Part shown: in pieces, positions 17,426 to 25,634 of the stretch
How positions within the stretch are numbered: the first letter of the stretch is position 1
Layout of the letters: the number at the start of each line of letters is the position of its first letter
Source: Longivirga aurantiaca
Lineage (GTDB): Bacteria; Actinomycetota; Actinomycetes; S36-B12; CAIYMF01
Length of the DNA stretch: 32,000 bases
Direction: 5' to 3'
NCBI RefSeq assembly: GCF_042660085.1
Contig: NZ_JBHSTI010000008.1
Span: 1,959,876 to 1,991,875, forward strand
The notes under the pieces: generated by a model
The model's database searches: none
Seen by the model: the letters and a program-made list of their open reading frames with translations, nothing else
Told to the model about the DNA's origin: nothing
Position numbers and translations under genes: made by a program

Positions 17426-18361
17426 ATGACGTCGCCCGCCCTGGCCTGCTTCGACGCCGAGTCCGTGCTGGCTCTCGGGTACGCCGCTGCCACGGACGCG
17501 ATCGTGCGCGCGCTGCGCGACGGCCTGGACCCCGCGATCGGGCCCGCACGCAGCAGCGTCGACCTCGCCCATGGGCAGATGCTGCTCATGCCGGCCGAGA
17601 CGACGACCGCCACGGGCATCAAGGTGGTGACGGTCGCCCCCGGCAACCCGGCGCGCGGCCTCCCCCTGGTGCACGCGCAGTACCTGCTCTTCGACCGCGC
17701 GACGCTCGTGCCGACCGCCGTTCTCGACGGCACCGCGCTGACCACGCTCCGCACCCCGGCCGTCTCGGTGGCCTCCGTGCTCCACCAGCTCCCCGACCGG
17801 CCGTTGCACGTGGCTGTGATCGGGCACGGCCCGCAGGCCCAGGGTCATGTCGCGGCGTTCGAGGCGGTCCGGCCGCTCGCGGGAGCGACGTACCTCGTGC
17901 GCGATCCCGCCCGCGCGTCGGTCGAGGGTGTGGCGCTCGGCAGCGCCGATGCCCGCCGACGCCTGCGCGAGGCCGATGTCGTCGTGTGCGCGACCAGCGC
18001 GCGCATCCCGGTGCTGCGCAGCGAGGACGTGCGCGACGACGCGATCGTCGTCGCGGTCGGGGCGTACGAGCCGGACGCCCGCGAGCTCGACGGCGCGCTG
18101 CTCGGCAGGTCGAGCGTCGTGGTCGAGGACGTGGCGACGGCCCTGCGCGAGGCCGGCGACGTCGTGCTCGCGGTCGCCGAGGGCGCGCTGGACGCAGCCA
18201 CCCTCGTGAGCATGCGCGACCTCGTGCTCGGCACGATCTCCCCGCCTCGCGACAGGCCGCTCGTGGTCAAGACGGTCGGCATGGCGTGGGAGGACCTCGC
18301 CGTCGCGGAGGCCGTGGTCGCACGCGACGGGCGTCGCCCCGGCACGGGCGCGGCGGAGTAA
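17426..18361 (+). CDS. Ornithine cyclodeaminase / mu-crystallin family protein
   Basis: 311 aa. It has GIKVVTVAPGNP, LTTLRTPAVS, a Rossmann-like VAVIGHGPQAQGH and VVAVGAY. GAGGAGG lies upstream of the ATG. Confidence 0.8.
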   Translation: MTSPALACFDAESVLALGYAAATDAIVRALRDGLDPAIGPARSSVDLAHGQMLLMPAETTTATGIKVVTVAPGNPARGLPLVHAQYLLFDRATLVPTAVLDGTALTTLRTPAVSVASVLHQLPDRPLHVAVIGHGPQAQGHVAAFEAVRPLAGATYLVRDPARASVEGVALGSADARRRLREADVVVCATSARIPVLRSEDVRDDAIVVAVGAYEPDARELDGALLGRSSVVVEDVATALREAGDVVLAVAEGALDAATLVSMRDLVLGTISPPRDRPLVVKTVGMAWEDLAVAEAVVARDGRRPGTGAAE

Positions 18362-18376
18362 TACCCCCCAGGGTGT
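18361..18376. promoter_or_regulatory. Imperfect palindrome ATACCCC-CCA-GGGTGT, second copy of the CsoR/CstR-like operator motif
   Basis: It overlaps the OCD-family stop codon and lies 59 bp upstream of the malic-enzyme GTG. 13 of 16 positions are identical to the palindrome at 20197-20212. Confidence 0.35.
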
Positions 18377-18434
18377 CTGCAGGATCACGTCGCGAAGCCG
18401 CACGTCCCCCGCCCGACCGGCCTACGGTCGAGAG

Positions 18435-20162
18435 GTGACCACGCGAACCGAGCCCGAGCACGTCATCCGCTGGAACTCCGACTCCGACGCGTGGGAGACC
18501 ACGCTGCGCGGACGCGCGGTCCTGGCCGAGCCACGGCTCAACAAGGGCACGGCGTTCAGCACCGAGGAGCGCGAGCGGCTCGGACTCGTCGGCCTGCTGC
18601 CGCCGCGTGTGCTCACCCTCGACCAGCAGGAGAGCCGCGCCTACCGGCAGTACCTCGACCAGCCCACCGACCTCGCGAAGAACGTCTTCCTCACGGCGCT
18701 GCACGACCGCAACGAGGTGCTGTTCTTCCGCCTGCTCGGCCGGCACCTGCCCGAGATGCTGCCGATCGTCTACACGCCCACGGTCGGCGAGGCGATCCAG
18801 CGCTACAGCCACGAGTACCGCCGCCCGCGCGGCGTCTACCTCTCGGTCGAGGACCCGCACAGCATGGAGGACGCGCTGCTCGCGACCGGTCGCGCGCCCG
18901 ACGACGTCGACCTCATCATCGCCACCGACGCCGAGGGCATCCTCGGCATCGGCGACTGGGGCGTCGGCGGTATCGAGATCGCGGTCGGCAAGCTCAACGT
19001 CTACACCGCGGCGGCCGGCATCAATCCCGCGCGCACCCTCGCCGTGATGCTCGACGTCGGCACCGACCGGCAGGAGCTGCTCGACGACCCGCTCTACCTC
19101 GGGGTCGCCAAGCCGCGCATCGGCCGCGAGGAGTACGACGCCTTCATCGACCGCTACGTCACCGCGGCTAAAGCGCTCTTCCCCCACGCGATCCTGCACT
19201 GGGAGGACTTCGGCACGTCCAACGCGCGCCGCATCCTCGACCGCTACCGCGACGAGGCCCTCACGTTCAACGACGACATGCAGGGCACCGGCGCGGTCAG
19301 CCTCGCGGCCGTCCTGTCCGCGAGCGACGTCAGCGGCGTGCCGCTGTCGGAGCACCGCGTCGTCGTCTACGGCTCCGGAACCGCGGGCATCGGCATCGCC
19401 GACCAGATCCGCGACGCGATGGTCGTCGCCGGTGTGCCGAAGGACGTCGCCACCCGCCAGTTCTGGTGCGTCGGACGGCACGGCCTGCTCACCGACGCCC
19501 GACCCGACCTGCGCGACTTCCAGGAGCCGTTCGCCCGGCCCGTCGCCGAGGTGGCCGGCTGGGACGTCGACGCCGAGTACGGCGGCGCCAGCCTCGCCGA
19601 GGTCGTACGCCGGGTGCAGCCCACGATCCTCATCGGCACGTCCGGGCGTCCGCAGGCCTTCACCGAGGACGTCGTCCGCGAGATGGCCGCGCACGTCGAG
19701 CGGCCGATCATCATGCCGATGTCGAACCCGACGGTCCTCGCCGAGGCGTTCCCCGCCGACCTGCTCGCCTGGACCGACGGCCGCGCGCTGGTCGCGAGCG
19801 GCAGCCCCTTCCCGCCCGTGACGTACGCCGGCACCACGTACGAGATCGCGCAGGTCAACAACGCGCTCGTCTTCCCCGGTCTCGGGCTCGGCGTGATCGT
19901 CGCCCGCGCCGCCCGCATCACCGACGGCATGCTGCTCGCAGCCGCCGAGGCCGTGGCGGGGAAGGCCGACGCCCACGGACCCGGCGCGTCGCTCCTCCCC
20001 CGTGTCGCCGACCTGCGTGCCACCTCAGCCGTCGTCGCTGCAGCGGTCGCACGCGCGGCGAAGGCGGACGGCGTCGCGACGGCACCGGTCGACGACAGCC
20101 TCGACGCGGCTATCGATCGGGCGATGTGGCGCTGCGCCTACCACCCGGTGCACGCCGTCTGA
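18435..20162 (+). CDS. NAD(P)-dependent malic enzyme (large, oxaloacetate-decarboxylating type)
   Basis: 575 aa. It has LNKGTAFSTEERERLGLVGLLPP, VYTPTVGEA, ATDAEGILGIGD, FNDDMQGTGAV, VVYGSGTAGIGIA and NNALVFPGLGLG. TACGGT lies 7 nt upstream of the GTG, which suggests a leaderless transcript. Confidence 0.92.
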   Translation: MTTRTEPEHVIRWNSDSDAWETTLRGRAVLAEPRLNKGTAFSTEERERLGLVGLLPPRVLTLDQQESRAYRQYLDQPTDLAKNVFLTALHDRNEVLFFRLLGRHLPEMLPIVYTPTVGEAIQRYSHEYRRPRGVYLSVEDPHSMEDALLATGRAPDDVDLIIATDAEGILGIGDWGVGGIEIAVGKLNVYTAAAGINPARTLAVMLDVGTDRQELLDDPLYLGVAKPRIGREEYDAFIDRYVTAAKALFPHAILHWEDFGTSNARRILDRYRDEALTFNDDMQGTGAVSLAAVLSASDVSGVPLSEHRVVVYGSGTAGIGIADQIRDAMVVAGVPKDVATRQFWCVGRHGLLTDARPDLRDFQEPFARPVAEVAGWDVDAEYGGASLAEVVRRVQPTILIGTSGRPQAFTEDVVREMAAHVERPIIMPMSNPTVLAEAFPADLLAWTDGRALVASGSPFPPVTYAGTTYEIAQVNNALVFPGLGLGVIVARAARITDGMLLAAAEAVAGKADAHGPGASLLPRVADLRATSAVVAAAVARAAKADGVATAPVDDSLDAAIDRAMWRCAYHPVHAV

Positions 20163-20195
20163 CCGCGCCGGACGCCCCAGGAGTGGCGTGGGGAA

Positions 20196-20213
20196 TATAC
20201 CCCGGGGGGTATA
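20196..20213. promoter_or_regulatory. Palindromic operator candidate TATACCCC-GG-GGGGTATA, overlapping a TATAGT -10-like hexamer of the thioredoxin operon
   Basis: 8-bp perfect arms. It is the only AT-containing palindrome of this kind in the window besides 18361-18376. TATAGT is at 20210-20215, 42 nt upstream of the trx ATG. The form resembles CsoR/RicR/CstR-family operators (TACCC...GGGTA). Confidence 0.5.
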
Positions 20214-20256
20214 GTGTTCAGCAGGGCGGAGACCACGACACCCCTGGAGGACCACC

Positions 20257-20625
20257 ATGGCCACCCTGACGCTCACCGGCGACACCTTCGAGCAGACCGT
20301 CACCACCGACGGCATCACGTTCGTCGACTTCTGGGCCTCCTGGTGCGGCCCGTGCCGTGCGTTCGCGCCGATCTTCGAGAAGGCGTCGGAGACGCACCCC
20401 GACATCCGCTTCGGCAAGGTCGATACCGAGGCCGAGCAGTCGCTCGCCGCGGCCGCGCAGATCTCCGCCATCCCCACGCTCATGGCGTTCCGCGACGGCA
20501 TCCTCGTCTACCGCGAGGCAGGCGCCCTGCGCGAGAAGGACTTCGAGCAGCTGATCGCCTCTGTGCGCGACCTCGACATGGACGACATCCGCGCCCGGGT
20601 GGCTGCGGCCAGCGCCTCCGTCTGA
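20257..20625 (+). CDS. Thioredoxin
   Basis: 122 aa with the WASWCGPC active site and the thioredoxin fold pattern (IPTLMAFRDG). GGAGG Shine-Dalgarno. Confidence 0.9.
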   Translation: MATLTLTGDTFEQTVTTDGITFVDFWASWCGPCRAFAPIFEKASETHPDIRFGKVDTEAEQSLAAAAQISAIPTLMAFRDGILVYREAGALREKDFEQLIASVRDLDMDDIRARVAAASASV

Positions 20626-20650
20626 CACACCACACGCACCGGAGAGCCTC

Positions 20651-21055
20651 GTGAAGAACCCGCTCCGCCTCCTCGTCCTCGCCGTCGTCGCCCTCGTGGG
20701 CGCGCTCGTCCTCACCAGCTGCGGCGCCGGCAGCAGCGTCACCACGGTCGGCGCCCAGGACTTCCTCACCAAGACCGCCGAGCCCGGCGTGGTGGTGGTC
20801 GACGTCCGTACGGCGGCCGAGTTCGCCGAGGGCCACGTCGACGGCGCGATCAACGTCGACGTCGAGGCACCGACGTTCGACGCGCAGATCGCGCAGCTCG
20901 ACAAGGCCACGACGTACGCCGTCTACTGCCGCACCGGTCGGCGCTCGGGCCTCGCGACCGACGCCCTGGGCGAGGCCGGCTTCACCAGCGTCGTGAACCT
21001 CGACGGCGGCATCGCCGACCTCCAGGCTGCCGGCGCACCGATCGTGGCCGGGTAG
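20651..21055 (+). CDS. Rhodanese-domain lipoprotein (extracytoplasmic sulfurtransferase-like)
   Basis: 134 aa. Signal peptide with lipobox LVLTSC, and a rhodanese active-site loop YCRTGRRSG. GGAGAG lies upstream of the GTG. Confidence 0.85.
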   Translation: MKNPLRLLVLAVVALVGALVLTSCGAGSSVTTVGAQDFLTKTAEPGVVVVDVRTAAEFAEGHVDGAINVDVEAPTFDAQIAQLDKATTYAVYCRTGRRSGLATDALGEAGFTSVVNLDGGIADLQAAGAPIVAG

Positions 21056-21064
21056 CGTCCCCGC

Positions 21065-21547
21065 ATGCCGTTCGACCGCACCGCCTGGTCCGCGCTCGCC
21101 CAGTGGCCCCGACGCCGCTGGGCGGCCGCGGGCCTCGCGGCGATCAGCACCGTCCTCCTCGTCGGCATCCCGACGGTGCTCGTGCCGACGCCGGTCTTCG
21201 GACGCGAGGTGCCGGTGACGGGGTGGGCCTGGCCCGCGCTCATCGTGACGTCGGTACTCGCCGGTCTCGTGGCCGCGACGTACGTCCGCACCGGGGCGCC
21301 GTCCGCGGGCGACGACGTCAGCCGTGCGGGACTGGTGGGCGGGTTCCTCACCTACCTCGCCGTCGGCTGCCCCGTCTGCAACAAGATCGCGCTGCTGGCC
21401 CTCGGCTACACCGGTGTGCTCCAGTGGTTCGCACCCGTGCAGCCGTTCCTCGCCGTGGCCGGCATCGCACTGCTCGCGTACGCCCTGCGGCGCCGCCTCG
21501 AGGGCGAGCGGTCCTGCCCGGTCCCGGACCGCACGCCCGTCGCATGA
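21065..21547 (+). CDS. Four-TM membrane protein with an intramembrane CPVC motif, family not recognised
   Basis: 160 aa with four predicted TM helices. GCPVCNK sits in the third helix, and there is an additional C-terminal SCPVP. Confidence 0.65.
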   Translation: MPFDRTAWSALAQWPRRRWAAAGLAAISTVLLVGIPTVLVPTPVFGREVPVTGWAWPALIVTSVLAGLVAATYVRTGAPSAGDDVSRAGLVGGFLTYLAVGCPVCNKIALLALGYTGVLQWFAPVQPFLAVAGIALLAYALRRRLEGERSCPVPDRTPVA

Positions 21548-21897
21548 GCCCCGCCTCGGGCGCCGTGCTCGACTCCCTTCTCGAGGAGGCGGCGACCGCC
21601 CTCGGCTGCCTCGCGGGCGGCGCCGCCGTCTGCGCCTTCAGCCGTGCGGGCGTGCCCGTCCCGGGCATCACGTACGCCGAGGGCCGCTGGGCGGCGCTCC
21701 GCGACGTGCAGCGCGCGACGTCCTACGGAGCCGCCGTCGAGACCGCGTCGGCTGCCGCGCTCGTCACCTGGGAGGCGGAGCTCGAGTCGGCCGTCGCCCG
21801 CGGCGCGGGTTGCGACTGGGTGGCCTACCGGACCGGTGGCGTCGATGCGCTCGGTGCGCTGCTCGACCGACCGGCATCGGCACGGCCTTCTGGTTGA
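21544..21897 (+). CDS. Cys-containing hypothetical protein, translationally coupled to the CPVC membrane protein
   Basis: 117 aa. ATGA start/stop overlap at 21544-21547. High GC3. No recognisable domain. Confidence 0.5.
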   Translation: MSPASGAVLDSLLEEAATALGCLAGGAAVCAFSRAGVPVPGITYAEGRWAALRDVQRATSYGAAVETASAAALVTWEAELESAVARGAGCDWVAYRTGGVDALGALLDRPASARPSG

Positions 21898-21930
21898 GCG
21901 GGTGCCTGGGGCATTGCCCTGCAACACCCC

Positions 21931-21947
21931 GCCTGCTGTGGGCAGGC
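21931..21947 (+). terminator. Weak hairpin after the thioredoxin-rhodanese operon
   Basis: GCCTGC-tgtgg-GCAGGC followed by TGTT. Confidence 0.25.
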
Positions 21948-21980
21948 TGTTCCCCAGCACACCCACACCAGGAGGAACCC

Positions 21981-22172
21981 ATGTTCGGGATCGGCGGCTT
22001 CAGCGGCGGCAGCAAGAACGGCGAGCACTACGACATCGAGGTCAACGAGGGCTCGGTGAACATGAAGCGGTTCAGCGCCGTGGCCAACGAGCGGCACTCG
22101 AACGGCTACCGCATGGCGCACGTGTTCATGCAGGAGGGCAACACCATCGTCGTGTGGGAGAAGGTCGGCTGA
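21981..22172 (+). CDS. Small conserved-looking hypothetical protein (63 aa)
   Basis: Perfect AGGAGG 6 nt upstream of the ATG. Essentially all third positions are G/C. Gly-rich N-terminus, then ...NERHSNGYRMAHVFMQEGNTIVVWEKVG, which is vaguely DUF4177-like. I cannot confirm that resemblance. Confidence 0.7.
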   Translation: MFGIGGFSGGSKNGEHYDIEVNEGSVNMKRFSAVANERHSNGYRMAHVFMQEGNTIVVWEKVG

Positions 22173-22199
22173 GCCGCCCGGCGCCGCGGCGCGGGCGAA

Positions 22200-23543
22200 G
22201 TGCCCGCGCCGCGCGATGATGGTGCGGTGGAGCGCATCAGCGGAAGGGCCTGGATCATCTGGGCCGTCGCTGTCGGCGCCTACACCGTGGCCGTGCTCCA
22301 GCGCACCTCGCTCTCGGTCGCGGGGCTCGACGCCGCCGCGCGCCTCGAGGTGTCCGCGGGGGTCCTCGGCACGTTCGCCGTCGTCCAGCTCCTCGTGTAC
22401 GCCGGCATGCAGGTGCCGGTCGGCGTCATGGTCGATCGGGTCGGCCCGCGCGTGCTGGTCGTCACCGGTGCCGTCCTCATGGCGCTCGGCCAGGTGAGCC
22501 TGGCGCTCGCGCAGTCGTTCCCCGCGGCGCTCGCCGCACGGATCCTCGTCGGCGCCGGCGACGCCATGACGTTCATCGCGGTGCTGCGCCTCGTCACCGC
22601 GTGGTTCCCGCCCCGGCGCGTGCCGCTCATGACGCAGGTGACCGGTCTCGTCGGCCAGTCCGGCCAGCTCCTCAGCATCATCCCGCTCGCCGCCCTGCTC
22701 CACGGCCCCGGGTGGACGCCCGCCTTCCTGTCGGCCGCGTCGCTGTCGGTGCTGTTCGCCGTCCTCGCCTTCGCGGTCGTCCGCGACACCCCCACGGGCA
22801 ACCGCACCGACGAGGCCTCGCCCTCCTGGTCGCAGGTGAGGCACGACCTCGTCTCCGCGTGGCGGCATCCGGGCACGCGCCTCGGGCTCTGGACGCACTT
22901 CACGACGCCGTTCGCGAGCGTGGCGTTCCTGCTGCTGTGGGGCTACCCCTTCCTCGTGTCGGCGCAAGGGATGAGCCGCGGCGAGGCGAGCGTGCTGTTC
23001 TCGGTCATGACCGTCGTCGGGCTCGTCGCGGCACCGTTCCTCGGCGAGGCGGTGGCCCGGCACCCGCTGCGACGTTCCTGGATCGTCCTCACGATCGTGG
23101 GCTCCACGATCGTCGTGTGGACCGCCGTGCTGGTGCTTCCCGATCCCGCTCCCCGGTGGCTCCTGCTGCTCCTCGTCGTCGTCCTCGCGGTCGGCGGCCC
23201 GGCGTCGATGATCGGTTTCGACTTCGCGCGCACGTTCAACCCTCCCAACCGGATCGGGACGGCGACCGGCATCGTCAACGTCGGCGGCTTCTTCTCCGGG
23301 CTCGTCCTCATCCTGGCCGTGGGCGTCCTGCTCGACCTGACGGGCAGCGGCGAGTCGTACTCGCTCGAGGGCTTCCGGATCGCCTTCTCCGCGCAGTACG
23401 TGATCTGGGCGATCGGCATCGCGGGCATCCTGCGCACCCGGCGCATCCTCCGGGCCCGGCTGGCCGCCGACGGCGTGGTCGTGCCGCCGATGCGCGACGT
23501 GGTGCGACGGCGCCGAGCGGCCCGGCGCGGCACGCCGCGCTGA
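22200..23543 (+). CDS. MFS transporter
   Basis: 447 aa with about 12 TM helices and the MFS signature-like GVMVDRVGPRVLVV between TM2 and TM3. The start (GTG 22200 or 22227) is uncertain. Confidence 0.85.
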   Translation: MPAPRDDGAVERISGRAWIIWAVAVGAYTVAVLQRTSLSVAGLDAAARLEVSAGVLGTFAVVQLLVYAGMQVPVGVMVDRVGPRVLVVTGAVLMALGQVSLALAQSFPAALAARILVGAGDAMTFIAVLRLVTAWFPPRRVPLMTQVTGLVGQSGQLLSIIPLAALLHGPGWTPAFLSAASLSVLFAVLAFAVVRDTPTGNRTDEASPSWSQVRHDLVSAWRHPGTRLGLWTHFTTPFASVAFLLLWGYPFLVSAQGMSRGEASVLFSVMTVVGLVAAPFLGEAVARHPLRRSWIVLTIVGSTIVVWTAVLVLPDPAPRWLLLLLVVVLAVGGPASMIGFDFARTFNPPNRIGTATGIVNVGGFFSGLVLILAVGVLLDLTGSGESYSLEGFRIAFSAQYVIWAIGIAGILRTRRILRARLAADGVVVPPMRDVVRRRRAARRGTPR

Positions 23544-23593
23544 TCCCCGGCTCCCGCGCCGCTGTCGCGTACGGTCGCTCGCGGAGGTTGCGC

Positions 23594-24247
23594 ATGAGCA
23601 CGGAACGAGAGGGCGAGCGCCGCTACCCGATGGCGCTCGCGGTCCTGGCCGTCGCCGGTCTGTACGAGTTCATCCCGGACGACTTCCGGCTCACACCGTC
23701 GTTCCGCTGGATCTTCCCCGTGTTCCTCGTCGTGTTCCTGCTGGTGCTGGTGATCGGAGATCCGGGACGCATCGACCGCGAGGTGCGGTGGCTGCGGATG
23801 GTCACGACCGCGATGATCGGGTTCATCACTCTCATGACGATCATCGCCGCCGCCCGGCTCGTGGTCGGGATCCTCGACAACTCGCCGTTCGCGAGCGCGA
23901 GCCAGCTCCTCGTCATCGGCGGCATCATCCTCTTCACCAACATGGTCGCCTTCGCGCTCTGGTTCTGGCATCTGGACGCCGGCGGCCCCGCAGCGCGCGC
24001 GCACGGTCGTACCGATGTCCGCCCGGCGTTCGTCTTCCCCGAGCAGCACCAGCCCCAGCTGGTCGCCGACGGGTGGTACCCCCAGTTCGTCGACTACTTC
24101 GCGGTGTCCTTCAACACCTCGACGGCCTTCAGCCCCACCGACGTGTCCGCGGTGCGGCACTGGTCGAAGCTGTTCATGATCGTCGAGTCGTCGACGTCGC
24201 TGCTGCTCGTCGCCCTCGTCATCGCCCGGGCCATCAACATCCTCTGA
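23594..24247 (+). CDS. DUF1345 family membrane protein
   Basis: 217 aa with 4-5 TM helices. The C-terminal part (FVFPEQ...WYPQFVDYFAVSFNTSTAFSPTDVS...) is typical of DUF1345. GGAGGT Shine-Dalgarno. Confidence 0.75.
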   Translation: MSTEREGERRYPMALAVLAVAGLYEFIPDDFRLTPSFRWIFPVFLVVFLLVLVIGDPGRIDREVRWLRMVTTAMIGFITLMTIIAAARLVVGILDNSPFASASQLLVIGGIILFTNMVAFALWFWHLDAGGPAARAHGRTDVRPAFVFPEQHQPQLVADGWYPQFVDYFAVSFNTSTAFSPTDVSAVRHWSKLFMIVESSTSLLLVALVIARAINIL

Positions 24248-24311
24248 CCGCGGGACACGGGCCGCGGGCACACGGCAGGCTCTACAGCGGCAGGACGAGG
24301 GAGGGAGCCCG

Positions 24312-25142
24312 ATGAGCGCATCGACCGACCTGGAGGGGCGCTGGTCGCTGGTCCGCGGCACGCCGGTCTACCACCGCGCCCGCGAGGTGGCCGATGCCCC
24401 CGTGATCCTGCATCTGCACGGCTTCGCCATCTCCGGCAGCTACATGGTGCCGACGGCGTCACTGCTGGCCGACGAGTTCACGACGTACGTGCCGGACCTG
24501 CCCGGCTTCGGTCGCAGCCCTCGCCCCGACCACGTCCTCACCATCCCGGAGCTGGCCGACTCCGCCGCCGCGTTCCTCGACGCCGTCGGTGCCGAGCGAG
24601 CGACGGTGGTCGGCAACTCGCTCGGCTGCACGGTCCTCGCCGCCTTCGCCCAGCGGCATCCCGACCGGCTCGATCGCGCGGTCATGGTGTCGCCGGCCGG
24701 CGGGAAGCAGAGCCAGCCCCTGGGCCGTGCGATCTGGCAGCTCGTGCAGGACACCCCGCGTGAGCCACCGTCGATGGCGACGGTGGCCGTGCCCGACTAC
24801 GTGAGCTTCGGCGTCGTGACGACGTACAAGCTGTTCGTGGCCATGACGCAGTTCCCTGCGTTCCAGGCGCTCATCGAGGTCGACAAGCCGCTGCTCGCCG
24901 TGCTCGGGGTGCGCGACCCGCTGCTCCCACCGGCTGCGCGCATCAAGGAGGTCGTGCGGCAGATGCAGGTGGAGCACCTCACCATCGCCGTCCTCAAGGA
25001 CGCTGCGCACGCCATCAACTACAGCCATCCGCGCGAGACCGCCGACCTGATCCGCGGCTTCGTCCGGGGCGAGCCCCTGCGCTCGACGCTGGAGCCCGTC
25101 GACGGCCGCAGCCCGGTCGCCGTGATCAGCCGCGGCCCCTGA
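24312..25142 (+). CDS. Alpha/beta-fold hydrolase
   Basis: 276 aa. HLHGF oxyanion region, nucleophile elbow GNSLGC, and a C-terminal AAHAINYSHP with the catalytic His. GAGGGAGGGA Shine-Dalgarno. Confidence 0.85.
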   Translation: MSASTDLEGRWSLVRGTPVYHRAREVADAPVILHLHGFAISGSYMVPTASLLADEFTTYVPDLPGFGRSPRPDHVLTIPELADSAAAFLDAVGAERATVVGNSLGCTVLAAFAQRHPDRLDRAVMVSPAGGKQSQPLGRAIWQLVQDTPREPPSMATVAVPDYVSFGVVTTYKLFVAMTQFPAFQALIEVDKPLLAVLGVRDPLLPPAARIKEVVRQMQVEHLTIAVLKDAAHAINYSHPRETADLIRGFVRGEPLRSTLEPVDGRSPVAVISRGP

Positions 25143-25156
25143 CGGCTCGCGAGCCG
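25143..25156. terminator. 14-bp perfect palindrome between the convergent hydrolase and anti-sigma kinase genes
   Basis: CGGCTCGCGAGCCG lies in the 25-bp convergent gap. It is weak as a hairpin because there is no loop. Confidence 0.25.
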
Positions 25157-25167
25157 GACGTCGTGGC

Positions 25168-25566
25168 TCAGGCCGCGGGGACCAGCTCGAACCACACGCT
25201 CTTGCCGTCTGCGCCCTGGATGACACCCCAGCGCGAGGCGATTCGGTTGACGATCTCCAGGCCGCGGCCCGACGTCGCTGTGGGGTCTGCGTGACGCTGC
25301 ACCGGCTCGTCGGTGTCGTCGTCCAGCACGCAGACCCGGAGCACGCGCGTGGACGGGGTCCAGCACGCGCCGACCACCATCGTGGTGCGTGCGTGGAGGA
25401 CGGCGTTGGACGCGAGCTCACTCACCAGGAGGACTGCGTCATCGATGAGGTCGCGCAACGCCCATCCGACAAGGGCCTCGCGCACGAAGGCACGGGAGCG
25501 GGAGGGGCTGTCCATCGACGCGGGCAGGCAGACCCAGCGGGTGCCGGCGATCACGGTCGATGTCAT
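25168..25566 (-). CDS. RsbW/SpoIIAB-type anti-sigma factor serine kinase (HATPase_c_2)
   Basis: 132 aa with N-box LVSELASNAVLHA and G-box SGRGLEIVNRIASRWG. GGAGGT Shine-Dalgarno. Confidence 0.85.
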   Translation of the reverse strand: MTSTVIAGTRWVCLPASMDSPSRSRAFVREALVGWALRDLIDDAVLLVSELASNAVLHARTTMVVGACWTPSTRVLRVCVLDDDTDEPVQRHADPTATSGRGLEIVNRIASRWGVIQGADGKSVWFELVPAA

Positions 25567-25634
25567 CCGACCTCCCAGGACGGTCCGTGCAGGTGGGTGG
25601 GTGGGACGGTCTCCCGCCGCGGCGCACCCGCGCG

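Noticed and set aside
21893-21914. A sigmaB-like GGTTGA ... GGGCAT upstream of the 63-aa gene at 21981.
   Set aside because: The -35 element is GTTG rather than GTTT, and the spacer is only 12 nt when counted the same way as the seven accepted sites (15-16 nt).
23215-23240. A GTTT string inside the MFS gene as a possible eighth stress promoter. The AAAC at 2209-2212 was checked on the minus strand for the same reason.
   Set aside because: No GGGnA element lies at N15/16 in either case. Both are probably chance occurrences.
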